Assembly: GCA_963775425.1 (NCBI GenBank)
Contig: CAVZJB010000008.1
Location: forward strand, 288,001 to 352,000
DNA: 64,000 nucleotides
Direction: 5' to 3'
Source of the DNA: an uncultured delta proteobacterium
GTDB lineage: Bacteria; Myxococcota; UBA727; VGSZ01
The position numbers were made by a program, and so were the translations under genes. Of the stretch, positions 19,648 to 29,902 are shown one piece after another. The notes under the pieces were generated by a model. That model was given only the letters and a program-made list of their open reading frames with translations, was not told the DNA's origin and did no database searches. How positions within the stretch are numbered: the first letter of the stretch is position 1; every line of letters begins with the position of its first letter.

Positions 19648-20541
19648 ATGATCGCGCGCTCGTCCATCTTCATCGCCCTGCTCCTGACCGCCGCCTGTGG
19701 CGCGCCGCCGCCGCTCGACGACGACGGCGCTCCGACGCTCGGCGCGCCGGGAGAGGGTGTCTGGCGCACCGCCGCGGTGCGGATCGACGATCGGATCGCC
19801 ACCCTCTCCGTGGAGGACTTCGACGGGACGTACGTCCTCGACGGCGACATCGTGCTCGACCCCGAGGACGTCACCGTGCTCGACGACCACGACGCGCTCG
19901 ACGCCGGCGGTGTGCAGGCGACGCCGCCGCCCACCGAGGAGCAGGGCCTGGCGGCCGTGAAGCGCGGCCGGCTGTGGCCCGGCGGCGTCGTCTACTACCG
20001 CTTCAGCGCTTCGCTCTCGTCGACGATGCGCCACCGCGTCAAGCGCGCCATGGCGGCGTGGGAGGACAGGGCGAGCATCGTCTTCGAGAAGGCCGGCCCC
20101 GGCCGCGACGACTACGTCTTGATCAAGCCGTTTCAGCACCCCTACTGCCGCGCGAGCATCGGCCACGGCTCAGGCGTCCGGTACATGTGGCTGAGCCACG
20201 TGTGCAGCGTCGGGCTCATCAAGCACGAGCTCGGCCACTCGCTCGGCCTCTACCACGAGCAGTCGCGGCAGGACCGCGACAAGCACGTGCGCATCCTGTG
20301 GAACAACGTCGAGAGGTGGGCCCGCGGCAACTTCGATCGGTACCGGGAGACCGCCGGCCGCGACGTCGGGCCGTACGACCTCGACTCCATCATGCAGTAC
20401 AGCTCGTACGCGTTTTCGAAGAACGGCGCGCCCACCATCGTGCGCGTGAGCGACGGGCGCCCGTTCGGCGGCTACCGCACCGCGATCTCCGATCTGGACG
20501 CGCGCTACGTGAAGCGCATCTACGCCCACGCCGCCCAGTGA
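19648..20541 (+). CDS. Astacin-family (M12A) zinc metallopeptidase lipoprotein
   Basis: AAGGAGG RBS; lipobox LTAAC; DGDI propeptide motif; HELGHSLGLYHEQSRQDRD; Met-turn SIMQY. Confidence 0.93.
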   Translation: MIARSSIFIALLLTAACGAPPPLDDDGAPTLGAPGEGVWRTAAVRIDDRIATLSVEDFDGTYVLDGDIVLDPEDVTVLDDHDALDAGGVQATPPPTEEQGLAAVKRGRLWPGGVVYYRFSASLSSTMRHRVKRAMAAWEDRASIVFEKAGPGRDDYVLIKPFQHPYCRASIGHGSGVRYMWLSHVCSVGLIKHELGHSLGLYHEQSRQDRDKHVRILWNNVERWARGNFDRYRETAGRDVGPYDLDSIMQYSSYAFSKNGAPTIVRVSDGRPFGGYRTAISDLDARYVKRIYAHAAQ

Positions 20542-20577
20542 CGCACCTCGGGGCGCGCCGGGGCACCCCGGCGCCCG

Positions 20578-23500
20578 CTATGGGATCAGCAACCGGACGG
20601 CGTTCGAGCCGTCGCCGGTCCAATAGATGTCGCCGTTGCCGTCGAGGGCGACGCCCTCCGGCGCGTTCAACAGGCCCGTGCCCGGCGCCGTGAGCGAGCT
20701 GAAGCCCGCGGTGTTGAGCGTGCCGACCAGCGTGCGCACCGTCCCGCTCGTCCCGAGCCCCGCCGCGCCCTGGCCGGCGACGACCGCGGCCACGCCGGGC
20801 AGCGCGCGCAGCCGGTGGTTCGACACCTCGGTGAAGAACAGCGTGTCGGCGACGGCGTCGTACGCGAGCCCGCCGATGTTGTTCACCGTCATGCCGTTGC
20901 CGTTGACGCCGTCGCCGGTGGAGCCGTTGTTGGCGCCCGCGATGTAGGTGAGCGTGCCGTCGGTCTCCAGGCGCAGGAGCGCCGAGGTGTTGAGCGCGTT
21001 GTTCGGCACCGGGCAGGCGCCGCCGTTCGAGATATTCGCCGAGAAGTACATGCGGTCCTGCGCGTCCCACGCGAGCCCCGTGTTGGAGATGGAGCTGACC
21101 ACCAGGCCCGACGCCGCCGTGCAGTTTTGACTGCCGAGCACCGCGCTGGTGGTGTTGAACGGCGACACGGGATCGATGCGGCGGATGTCGTTGAAGCCGT
21201 TGTCGACGACGTAGAGGAAGCCGTCCGGGCCGATGCTGAGCTCGCGGATGTCGTTCAAGCTCACGCCCGAGCCCGCGCCGCCGTCGCCGTGTCCGGGGGT
21301 GTCCGCGGCGCCGCCGGCGATGGTGGTGATGATGCCGTCGCTGATGTTGACCCGGCGGACGCGGTCGCGGTCGACGGAGCCGCCGGCGTCCGCGATGTAG
21401 ACGTTGCCGGCGGCGTCGAGCGCGATGCCCCGCGGCGACTCCAGTTGCGCCTGCGTCGCCAGCACGTTGTCGAGGAAGCCTGAGGTGCCCGTGCCCGCGA
21501 ACACCGAGAGGTGTCCCTCCGGGCTGATGGACACCACGCGGTGGTTGCTGCTGTCCGACACGAACAGCGTGCCGTCCGCCGCGAGCGCCACGCCCGAGAC
21601 GCTCAAGCTCAGGCGCGCTTGCGTGGCCGCGATCTCGCCAAAGCCGCTGAGCGGCGGCACCGCCCCCGCGGTGCCCTGGCTGTTGGCGATGGCGACGGTG
21701 CTGCCCGAGGGCGGGCGCTGCGCCGTCAACGTAAACAGCGGGGGCTGTCCGGTGCCGTCGATGATGTCGACGGGATCAAGCCACGTGCGCGCGAGCGCCT
21801 GGAACCGGTGCGGCGTGGTCACGCTGCGGCCGAGGCGCACCGTGCTGCTGGCCTCGCCGGCGAGCGTGGTGGCCAGGACGCCTTGTGTGACGCTGTCGCC
21901 GAGGTCGAGCGCCGTGAAGAACACGGGCAGCCCCACCACCGGCGTGGAGCCGCCGTCGATGACGCGCACGCGCAGCGGCAGCGCGGCGAGCTGACCCATG
22001 GTGGCGATCTGCGCATCTCCGTCGACGATGGCGATGGTGGCCGTGGCGGGCGTCTGCTGACCGATGCCGCGGATCATGCGCACGCGCTCGTTGCCGCCGT
22101 CGACGACGTAGAGGTTGTCGTCGGCGTCGAACGCGAGGCCGGTGGGGGCGTTCACGCGGGTCGCGGTGCTGTTGACGTTGTCGGCGGTGAAGCCGGCGAC
22201 GCCGTCGCCCGCGACGGTGGTCATCACGCCGAGGACGTCCACCTTGCGGATGCGGTGCCCCGTGCCTTCGGCGAAGTACAGGTTGCCGGCGGCGTCCACG
22301 GCGATGCCGCCGACGCGGTGCACGCGGATGCCCAGGGCCGCGCCGGAGGCCGCCTCGGTGTTGCCGCCCGCGAGCGCGGTCTGCGTGACCCCGTCGCTCT
22401 CGAGCCGGAACACGTAGTCCGCGTTGGGGTCGGGCACCGGGCAGCCGCCGGCGTTGCCGATGCTGCCGCTGTAATAGAGGCGGCCCTCCTTGTCGAAGGC
22501 GAGCGACGCCTGCGGAAACGACGTGGCCGCCACGCCCGTCACCGACGAGCAGGCCTGGCCGACCACCACGCTGTCGATGACGCCGGGCAAAGCCGGCGTG
22601 GTGACCTGTACGCGGCGGATGCGCTGGTGCGCTTCGTCGACGATGAACACGTTGCCGGTGATCCCCGGGACGTCGCTGCCGTCGGCCGCGGTGGGGCCGA
22701 CCGCGACGCTGGATGGTGCGTCGAGGTTCGCGCCGGTGGCGACCACGCCGTCGGCGGGCTGCGGGTTGTTGAGCGCGCTCCCCGCGAAGACAGTGAGGTT
22801 GCCGTCGCTCGTCAGCACACGCACGACGTCGTTGTTGGTGTCCGCGATGTAGAGGTTCTTGTCCGCGTCGAGCGCGAGGCCGTGCGGGCCGTTGAGCGCG
22901 ACGGAGAGCGCGGGCCCGTTGCCGCCGTTGCCGGCCGCGCCGGTGCCGGCGACGGCGAGCACGGCCCCGTTCGGGTCCACGCGCAGCACGCGGTTGTTGG
23001 AGGCGTCGCTGTAGAACACCGTGCCGTCGTCGGGGTCGACGGCGATGCCGTCGAACGAGGTGGTGAGGTTGGCGAGGGAGCGGGCCGCCGACGAGCTCAG
23101 CGTGCTGCCGGGGACGCCGGTCTGGTTCACGATGCTCGCGATGATGCCGGTGGCGATGTCCGTGGCCGTCTCGGTGAGCACGATGGGGGTGCCGAGCGGC
23201 AGGCCGTCGAGCCCGGTGGACGTGAGGGTGAACGTCGCCGCGCCCGGCGTCCGCGGCAGGAAGGCCACGAAGGAAAAGACGCCGTTGCCGTCGGTGAACC
23301 CCGACGACGGCTCCGCCGCCGCCCCGGCCGGCGTCGTCACCTGTACGAAGACGCCGGAGATGGGCGTGCCGTCGGTGTCCTTCACCGTGACGCCGAGCGG
23401 CGAGGCGAGCGCCTGGTTGATGGTCGCCGACTGGCCGCCGCCGAAGGGCGTGGCGACCACCACGGGCGGCGTGGTCTCCGCCACGGCGCGCACGACGCGC

Positions 23501-26500
23501 ACGTCGTCGAGGCCGGCGTCGGTGATGATGAGGTCGCCCGCCGGCGAGAACGCAAGGAAGGACGGCACCGCGAACAGCGCGCCCGACGCGGGGCCGCCGT
23601 CGCCGGTGGTGGTCGACGTCGCCACCGTGCCCGCCGTGCCCGCCAACGTCGAGATCACGCCGGTGGCCGACACCTTGCGCACGCGCTCCGACGTGCCGCG
23701 CTCGGCGACGTACGCGTTGCCCGCCGGGTCCATGGCCAGGCCGGAGGGCGTGTCGAGGCGCGCGCCGCGCGCGGCGCCCGTGGTGACGATGGTGCTCCCG
23801 CCGGCGAGCGCCGTAAGCGTGCCGTCCGCCTCCAGGCGAAACAGGACGTCCGCGGAGCTCGGCAGCGCGCAGCCGCCGCCGTTGAGGATCTGTCCGAGGA
23901 ACACGAGCCGATCCTGCGGATCGAGCGTGAGCTCGGTGTCGGCGAGCCCGCCCGCGCGGAGGTTGCCGGTGGTGCACAGCGCGACGGTGATCGCCGTGCT
24001 GATGAAGCCGCCGGTGTTGATCTTCTTGATGGCGTCCGGGGACCCGTTGTCGAGGACGAACGCGTCACCGGTCTGCGCGAACACCAGCGACGTGGGGCCC
24101 GAGAGCTGCGCGGTGGTGGCGAGGACGTTTTCGTTTGTCGACGTGCCGCCGCCGGCGAACGTGGTGACGAGGCCGGTCTGCGCATCGAGCTCGCGCACGC
24201 GGTTGTTGTTGGTGTCCGCGATGTAGAGGTTCTCGTTCGCGTCGAGCGCCAGCCCGTGGGGGCGGCTGAAGCGCGCTTGTGGGCCGGCGACGTTGTCGAC
24301 GAACGCCGCCTGTCCCGCGTCGCTGCCGGCGGCGAGGAAGAGCTCTCCGTCGGGCGCGATGCGCACGACGCGGTTGTTCGCGGAGTCGGCGACGAAGATG
24401 GACCCGTCCGACGGGCGAACCACGACGCCGGAGGCCCCCTCCAGGCTCAGGGACGCCTTGGACGCGGCGCTCGGCGCGGCGTTGCCCTGGCCGTCGAGGA
24501 GCTGCGTGCGGCCCTGCTGCGCGGGGGCGTTCGCCAGCGTGCCGGCGAAGCCCGTGGGGAGATCCGTCGCCGTGGCCGCGATGCTCAAGGGCGCGCCGGC
24601 GAGCAGCGCTCCGTCGGGCCCGGTGCCGGTGACGGTGAACGTCTGCGCGCCGAGCGCGCGCGACACCGTGCCGAGCGAAGACGCGTTGCCGTTGGCGTCG
24701 GTGAGCACCACCGCCGGTGACACGACGCCGCCAGGCGGCGCCGTGAGCACGATCTGCAGACCGACGAGCGGCGCGCCCGCCGTGTCCTGCGCGTGGACCA
24801 CGAACGCCTGCGCGAGGTCCGCCGAGAAGCGCGCCGACTGACCGCCGCCCGCGCCGAGCGAGAGCGAAAACGGCGCCTCGCACTGCCCGCCGCAGTCCTT
24901 GGGACACGTGGTGCACGCCTCGCCGGAGTCGCACGTGCCGTTGCCGCACGTGGCGACGCAGTCGGCCGGGCACGACGACGAGTCCTCGAGCGGGTCGCAG
25001 CGGTTGTTGCCGCAGGTGGAGCACAGGTCGCTCGACAGACGGCACGTCAACGGGTCGCACGAGATCTGCCCGGCGTTGAAGCCGAGGTCGCCGCAGGTGG
25101 CGCCGGCGAAGTTGTTGCCGTCGCACTCCTCGTCGCCTTCGATGATGCCGTTGCCGCAGATGGAGCAACTGTTGGCGTTCACCTGGCACTGCGAGTTGCA
25201 CGCGAGGGTGCCGACGGAGCCGGCGACGAAGTCGGCGCAGGTGGCGCCGCCGAAGTTGGTGCCGTCGCACTCCTCGAAGTCGGCGGTGTCGATGATGCCG
25301 TCGCCGCAGTTGCTGCACTGCGTGGTGCGCGCGTGGCAGTTGGAGTCGCACGTGAGCGTGCCGCCGAAGAACCCGAAGCTGGTGCACGACAGGCCCGAGG
25401 CGAAGACGCCGCCGACGTCGCAGTCCTCGCCGGCGTCGAGGACGCCGTTGCCGCACTGGCCCGCGACCGTGAAGGGCGCGGCGCCGCCGGCGCCGTCGGG
25501 CACGGACACCGTGAGCTCCTGCGCCTGCCCGCCCGTGTCCGTGAACGCGTAGACGAGCGCGACGCGCCAGACGCCCTGCGGGAGGCGGCCGCCGCTGTCG
25601 ACGCGCACCAGGCTGTCGGTGGCGATGCTCGGAGCGATCTCGACGGTCAGCTCGTCGTCGTCGCGCACGAAGCGGGCGGTGGTGATGCGCGCGTGGTTGA
25701 GGCTCGAGCCCTGCAAGAGCACGGTGAAATTGGCTCCGTCGACGGGCGGCGACAGCGCCTGCTGCGACAGGAGCGTGGGCGCGATGGCGGCGAACGTCGG
25801 CGACAGCGCCGTGCCCGTGGAGAAGTCCGCCGTGATGAAGAAGTCGCCGCGCTCGGGGAGCGCGTCGTCGACGCGCACGTTCAGCGCCGTGGCCGACGCC
25901 GACACCAGCGTCGCGGCGTACTCCGCGCCCGCGCCGTCGTTCAGGTGCACGTGCCCGCCGTCGATGGCCACGAGGTTCTGGCCGGCCACCGTGACGACGT
26001 CACCGGGCACGAGCGCGCCCACCACGTCCGGCGACACGCTGGTGAACACAGGCGCGAGCGCGTCCTCGTAGACGAGCGCCGAGGCGTCGGTCTGCCCGTC
26101 GGGGTTGGCCACCCGCAGGATGGCCGCGCCCGGCGCGCGCAGCGGCGGCACGAAGGTGAAGGACGTGCCCGTGAGGTTGGTGATGGGCAGCGGGTCCGTG
26201 TCGAGGAACGCGAGCATGCCGGTCTGAAAGCCCGAGCCCGTCACCGTGACGGTGACGTTGAGCGCGTCGACGCGCACGCTGGCCGGGTTGAGCGCCAGGA
26301 CGCGCGGCGGCGCCGCGGCGGGCGCGAACACGTCGACGGCGAGGGTGCCGCTCTGCTGCCCGTCGGTGTTGCGCACCGTGATGTCGGCGCTGCCCTCCGC
26401 GAGGCCGCCGGGCGCGGTGGCGATGATGCGCGAGTCGTTCACGAACGTCACGGCCGGCGCCGCCAGGGACGTCGCCCCCTGCGCGAACACGGCGGTGACG

Positions 26501-28809
26501 CCGGGGCGGAAGCCGGAGCCGTCGAGGAACACGCGGGTGCCGCCCAGCGTGGACACTGCCGTCGGCGTGGCGACCACGAGCACCGGCGGCGGGGTGGCGT
26601 AGGAGAAGCCCCCGGCGAGGATGGCGGTCTGGCCGTCGGGATTGGTGACGACGAGGTCGACCGCGCCGGCGGTGACCTTGGGCGGGGTGCGGCACGTGAT
26701 GCTCGTGTCGGAGGCGACGGTGACGTCGGAGGCGACGGAGCCGCCGAAGCGGACGAGCGCGCCGGAGACGAAGCCGGTGCCGCTGAGGGTGACGAGGTCG
26801 CCGCCGTCGGTGGAGCCGGTGGCGGGGGCCACGCTCGTGATGGCCGGCGCCGCGCCGGCCGGCTCGACGTAGACGAACGGGAAGCCCGCGCTCGCGATGG
26901 TGGAGCCGTCGGCGGTGACGTTCTCGACGACGAGGGTGGTGAAGCCGGCGCTGCCCGTGGGCGCGGTGGCCGTGATGAGGTTGGAGGAGACGACGACGAC
27001 GCCGGTGGCCAGTTGCCCGCCGACGGTCACGCGCGCACCGCCGTTTTGCGCGGAGAAGAAAGCGCCGCTGATGTTGAGCGCGGTGCCCCCGAGGGTGCTC
27101 CCGGTGGGGGGATCGACCTGGTCGATCTCCGGCGCCGGCGCGTCATAGGTGAACACCGACGGCAGCGTGGCCGCCTCGCCGTTTTGGTTGATGGCGACCA
27201 CCGTGAGCGGCGCGCCGAGATCGTCGGTGGACCCGGGCGGCGTGACGGTGTCGATGCGGGCGCCGTCGTCGGAGGTGACGGTCGCACCGGGGTCGGCCAC
27301 GTGCGAGCCGATGAGCACCGCGGCGGTGTCGAAGTCGATGCCGTGCAGCGTGAGATCGTTGCCGCCGCGGAAGTCGCCGTGGGTGCGCGACAGCGGGTCG
27401 ACGTCGTCGAACTCCGGCCCGGAGTTGAGCTGCGCGAGCAGCGCGAACGGCAGGCCGGCGTCGACGGAGCCGTCGCCCGGCTCGCGGCCATCGACGCGCG
27501 AGAGCACGATGATGGCGCGGCGCGTGTCGGTGCTCGACGTGTTGCGGAACTGCGCCGCCTCGGGCGAGGCGCCAGGGTGGGCGCTGACGACGCTCTCGCC
27601 GTCCGCGGCGGAGAGGCCGCCGGCGCCGTCGAGCACGAAGAGGCCGAGCTGGACGTCGGCGGTGAGGCCGTCGAGGACCACGCTCAGGCGGTTTCGCGGC
27701 GGGACGGCGACGTTGAACACGAGCCCGGGCGCGACGCCGCCCACGTCGTCGCCGGCGGTGGCGAACGGCAGCGCGGGGACGTCGACGGTGTCGTTGGGGT
27801 CGTCCGAGAGCTGCACGCTGCCGGGCGCGATGGGTTGTCCGCCAAAGAGCGACGCCGGCGGGAACGGGATGATGGTGCCGCTGAAGCCGACGGCCGCGCC
27901 GTCGACGGTGCCGGGGTCGTAGCCGGCGACCGCGGGCTGCGGGTCACCGTCGGAGCTCGCGATGACGGCGAGCTCGCTGACCGACGTCACGTGCGAGTCC
28001 GGCTGCTCGGTGGCGAGCGCCACGCTGCCGCGCACCAGGAACTCGTTGGTGGGCGCGAAGGTGACGGCGAGCAGCACCTCCTGGAACGGCTGCATGGTGA
28101 ACGGCTCGAGGCTGCGCGGGGCGCCGCCCTCGGGGGTGCCGGTGGGGTCGATGCGCGTGATGGAGACCCCCTGGCCGCCGACGACGACGGGCGAGACCGT
28201 CTGCGTGAGGCCGGAGACGTTCTCGACGACGATCACCTGCCGCGTGAACTGGCCGGGGCGGATGCCCGACGAAAACTGCAGCGTGTCGGGCAAGACCGCG
28301 AGCACGCGCTTGGGCGGCGCGGGGTCGAAGCCGGCGACGAGGTCGTCGATGTTGCTCGCGCCGTTGCCGTTTTGGTCGAAGACGGCGGCGCCGTCGACGG
28401 CCCAATCGGCCTCCTTGAGATCGAAGAACACCGAGCTGCGCGGCTCGAGCGTGACGTTCCTCTTGGCGAGGCCGACGAGCACCTCGTCGCTGTCGCCCGA
28501 CAGGCGCCCGAACACGCGCAGGGTGACGTCCGCCTTCTGTGCCTGCTGCACCGCGAGGACGAAGGCGCCGCTGAGGTGCTGGTGGCTCTCGTCGAAGGTC
28601 AGCTCGGTGGGTGCGAGCAGGCCCGGGATCTCCAGCGTGGCGCGCAGCAGGTCGCGCTGCTTCGGCGCGAGGTTGGCGACGCGCAGCTTCTTCGGCATGG
28701 TGATGGCGGCGTTGGCCTCGCCGCAGGAGCACGACGACAGCGCCGCGGCGGCGCCCAGGGTGGCCACGACGACGAGCCGCGCAGCGACGTTGCGATGGGG
28801 GCGGTTCAC
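20578..28809 (-). CDS. Giant (2743 aa) surface lipoprotein: IPT/TIG repeats, Cys-rich repeats, 3x [Big-1-like Ig + NHL beta-propeller]
   Basis: GTG overlaps the upstream TGA; LSSCSC lipobox; P..G.T.GG..V.L.G.GF IPT repeats; CGNGxxxxxExCD repeats; P.GLALD...NLYIADTNN.RVR NHL repeats. Confidence 0.88.
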   Translation of the reverse strand: MNRPHRNVAARLVVVATLGAAAALSSCSCGEANAAITMPKKLRVANLAPKQRDLLRATLEIPGLLAPTELTFDESHQHLSGAFVLAVQQAQKADVTLRVFGRLSGDSDEVLVGLAKRNVTLEPRSSVFFDLKEADWAVDGAAVFDQNGNGASNIDDLVAGFDPAPPKRVLAVLPDTLQFSSGIRPGQFTRQVIVVENVSGLTQTVSPVVVGGQGVSITRIDPTGTPEGGAPRSLEPFTMQPFQEVLLAVTFAPTNEFLVRGSVALATEQPDSHVTSVSELAVIASSDGDPQPAVAGYDPGTVDGAAVGFSGTIIPFPPASLFGGQPIAPGSVQLSDDPNDTVDVPALPFATAGDDVGGVAPGLVFNVAVPPRNRLSVVLDGLTADVQLGLFVLDGAGGLSAADGESVVSAHPGASPEAAQFRNTSSTDTRRAIIVLSRVDGREPGDGSVDAGLPFALLAQLNSGPEFDDVDPLSRTHGDFRGGNDLTLHGIDFDTAAVLIGSHVADPGATVTSDDGARIDTVTPPGSTDDLGAPLTVVAINQNGEAATLPSVFTYDAPAPEIDQVDPPTGSTLGGTALNISGAFFSAQNGGARVTVGGQLATGVVVVSSNLITATAPTGSAGFTTLVVENVTADGSTIASAGFPFVYVEPAGAAPAITSVAPATGSTDGGDLVTLSGTGFVSGALVRFGGSVASDVTVASDTSITCRTPPKVTAGAVDLVVTNPDGQTAILAGGFSYATPPPVLVVATPTAVSTLGGTRVFLDGSGFRPGVTAVFAQGATSLAAPAVTFVNDSRIIATAPGGLAEGSADITVRNTDGQQSGTLAVDVFAPAAAPPRVLALNPASVRVDALNVTVTVTGSGFQTGMLAFLDTDPLPITNLTGTSFTFVPPLRAPGAAILRVANPDGQTDASALVYEDALAPVFTSVSPDVVGALVPGDVVTVAGQNLVAIDGGHVHLNDGAGAEYAATLVSASATALNVRVDDALPERGDFFITADFSTGTALSPTFAAIAPTLLSQQALSPPVDGANFTVLLQGSSLNHARITTARFVRDDDELTVEIAPSIATDSLVRVDSGGRLPQGVWRVALVYAFTDTGGQAQELTVSVPDGAGGAAPFTVAGQCGNGVLDAGEDCDVGGVFASGLSCTSFGFFGGTLTCDSNCHARTTQCSNCGDGIIDTADFEECDGTNFGGATCADFVAGSVGTLACNSQCQVNANSCSICGNGIIEGDEECDGNNFAGATCGDLGFNAGQISCDPLTCRLSSDLCSTCGNNRCDPLEDSSSCPADCVATCGNGTCDSGEACTTCPKDCGGQCEAPFSLSLGAGGGQSARFSADLAQAFVVHAQDTAGAPLVGLQIVLTAPPGGVVSPAVVLTDANGNASSLGTVSRALGAQTFTVTGTGPDGALLAGAPLSIAATATDLPTGFAGTLANAPAQQGRTQLLDGQGNAAPSAASKASLSLEGASGVVVRPSDGSIFVADSANNRVVRIAPDGELFLAAGSDAGQAAFVDNVAGPQARFSRPHGLALDANENLYIADTNNNRVRELDAQTGLVTTFAGGGTSTNENVLATTAQLSGPTSLVFAQTGDAFVLDNGSPDAIKKINTGGFISTAITVALCTTGNLRAGGLADTELTLDPQDRLVFLGQILNGGGCALPSSADVLFRLEADGTLTALAGGSTIVTTGAARGARLDTPSGLAMDPAGNAYVAERGTSERVRKVSATGVISTLAGTAGTVATSTTTGDGGPASGALFAVPSFLAFSPAGDLIITDAGLDDVRVVRAVAETTPPVVVATPFGGGQSATINQALASPLGVTVKDTDGTPISGVFVQVTTPAGAAAEPSSGFTDGNGVFSFVAFLPRTPGAATFTLTSTGLDGLPLGTPIVLTETATDIATGIIASIVNQTGVPGSTLSSSAARSLANLTTSFDGIAVDPDDGTVFYSDASNNRVLRVDPNGAVLAVAGTGAAGNGGNGPALSVALNGPHGLALDADKNLYIADTNNDVVRVLTSDGNLTVFAGSALNNPQPADGVVATGANLDAPSSVAVGPTAADGSDVPGITGNVFIVDEAHQRIRRVQVTTPALPGVIDSVVVGQACSSVTGVAATSFPQASLAFDKEGRLYYSGSIGNAGGCPVPDPNADYVFRLESDGVTQTALAGGNTEAASGAALGIRVHRVGGIAVDAAGNLYFAEGTGHRIRKVDVLGVMTTVAGDGVAGFTADNVNSTATRVNAPTGLAFDADDNLYVVDGGNERVRMIRGIGQQTPATATIAIVDGDAQIATMGQLAALPLRVRVIDGGSTPVVGLPVFFTALDLGDSVTQGVLATTLAGEASSTVRLGRSVTTPHRFQALARTWLDPVDIIDGTGQPPLFTLTAQRPPSGSTVAIANSQGTAGAVPPLSGFGEIAATQARLSLSVSGVALAADGTLFVSDSSNHRVVSISPEGHLSVFAGTGTSGFLDNVLATQAQLESPRGIALDAAGNVYIADAGGSVDRDRVRRVNISDGIITTIAGGAADTPGHGDGGAGSGVSLNDIRELSIGPDGFLYVVDNGFNDIRRIDPVSPFNTTSAVLGSQNCTAASGLVVSSISNTGLAWDAQDRMYFSANISNGGACPVPNNALNTSALLRLETDGTLTYIAGANNGSTGDGVNGNGMTVNNIGGLAYDAVADTLFFTEVSNHRLRALPGVAAVVAGQGAAGLGTSGTVRTLVGTLNTAGFSSLTAPGTGLLNAPEGVALDGNGDIYWTGDGSNAVRLLIP

Positions 28810-29765
28810 GGCGCACCTCCGACGATGATCTTGGCGGGCGTGGAGAGATACTCGTACGTGCCGACGGCGGCGACCGTGCCGCCGACGACGACGACGCCGG
28901 CGAGCGCGCTGCCCCACACGTACCAGCGGGCGTACCAGGGCTGCAGGCTGGCCTCGTCGACGAGGTCCACCTGCACCACCTGGGTCTCGTCGGCGTTCAC
29001 CGCCACGTCCTTGCCGAAGGGGACGTACCCCGGCTTGCGCACCTCGATGCGGTGCGGGCCGATGGCGAGGTCGTGCACCGGCTTCACCGGCGCCTGGCCG
29101 AGCTCCTTGTCGTCGATGACGACGCTGGCGCCGGCGGGCGAGAGGATCTCCACGCTGCCCGCGAGCGCCGCGGCCTTCTTGCCGAGCACGAGCCGGTCCA
29201 CCGCGGAGCGCGCGAGGTCGACCATGTCGTCGACGGCGCTCTTCCACGTGTACGCCACGCGCTGGAGGATCACCGGTGTGTCGGTGGTGTCGACGAGCGT
29301 GAGCGAGAACACCGCGGCGCCGCCTTCGGCCATCTCAACGGAGCCGAACACCACGCGCTTGGCCTGCGCGAGCTTGCCGATGTCCGCGGTGCACGCGGCC
29401 TCGTCGCAGCCGAGCAGCCGCTGGTCGGCCTGGTGCGCGAGCAGTGTCTTGAGCTCGTTGCGCGAGACGGCGCGCCACCCCGGCCGCGCCCCGATCTCCG
29501 TCGTCACCAGCGTGGTCAACGCCCTGGCGATGCCCTCGGTGCCCTTGCCCGCGCGCAGGTCGAGCACGGCGACGGTGAGCACGTCGTCGGGCAGTTGCAC
29601 GGCGGGCGCGGGCGCGGCCTGCTGCGGCTGCTGCGGCTGCGGCGGCGCGGCGGGCGTCGACGGGGCGTCGGCCGGCGTCGCTGCCGCGGGCGCGGCGGCG
29701 GGAGGCGTGTCGGGAGCGGGCGGCGTGGCGACCGCGAGGGCCGCGGCGATGGCGAGGGCGTGCAT
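28806..29765 (-). CDS. PEGA-domain exported protein
   Basis: Signal + Pro/Ala linker, TolB-N/CsgG-like segment (GCDEAAC..IGK), PEGA (SPAGASVVIDDKELGQAP..GPHRIEVRKPGY), PWYARWYVW + TM. Confidence 0.85.
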   Translation of the reverse strand: MHALAIAAALAVATPPAPDTPPAAAPAAATPADAPSTPAAPPQPQQPQQAAPAPAVQLPDDVLTVAVLDLRAGKGTEGIARALTTLVTTEIGARPGWRAVSRNELKTLLAHQADQRLLGCDEAACTADIGKLAQAKRVVFGSVEMAEGGAAVFSLTLVDTTDTPVILQRVAYTWKSAVDDMVDLARSAVDRLVLGKKAAALAGSVEILSPAGASVVIDDKELGQAPVKPVHDLAIGPHRIEVRKPGYVPFGKDVAVNADETQVVQVDLVDEASLQPWYARWYVWGSALAGVVVVGGTVAAVGTYEYLSTPAKIIVGGAP

Positions 29766-29902
29766 GGCGCGGACTGTGTGCCGAGCCGACGCCGGTCGTC
29801 GAGGGGGAACCCGCGCGGGGCTGGCCGCGTGCGGTCGCGGCCAGGCGGATCGTTCGACCCGCGGTTTGTTTCGCCTCTCGGTTCCCGTGCGAGAATCTCG
29901 AC

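Noticed and set aside
29769-29783. Sigma54-like CGGCAC-N7-GC on the minus strand before the PEGA gene
   Set aside because: Only 3 nt from the ATG, so the implied transcription start would fall inside the gene.
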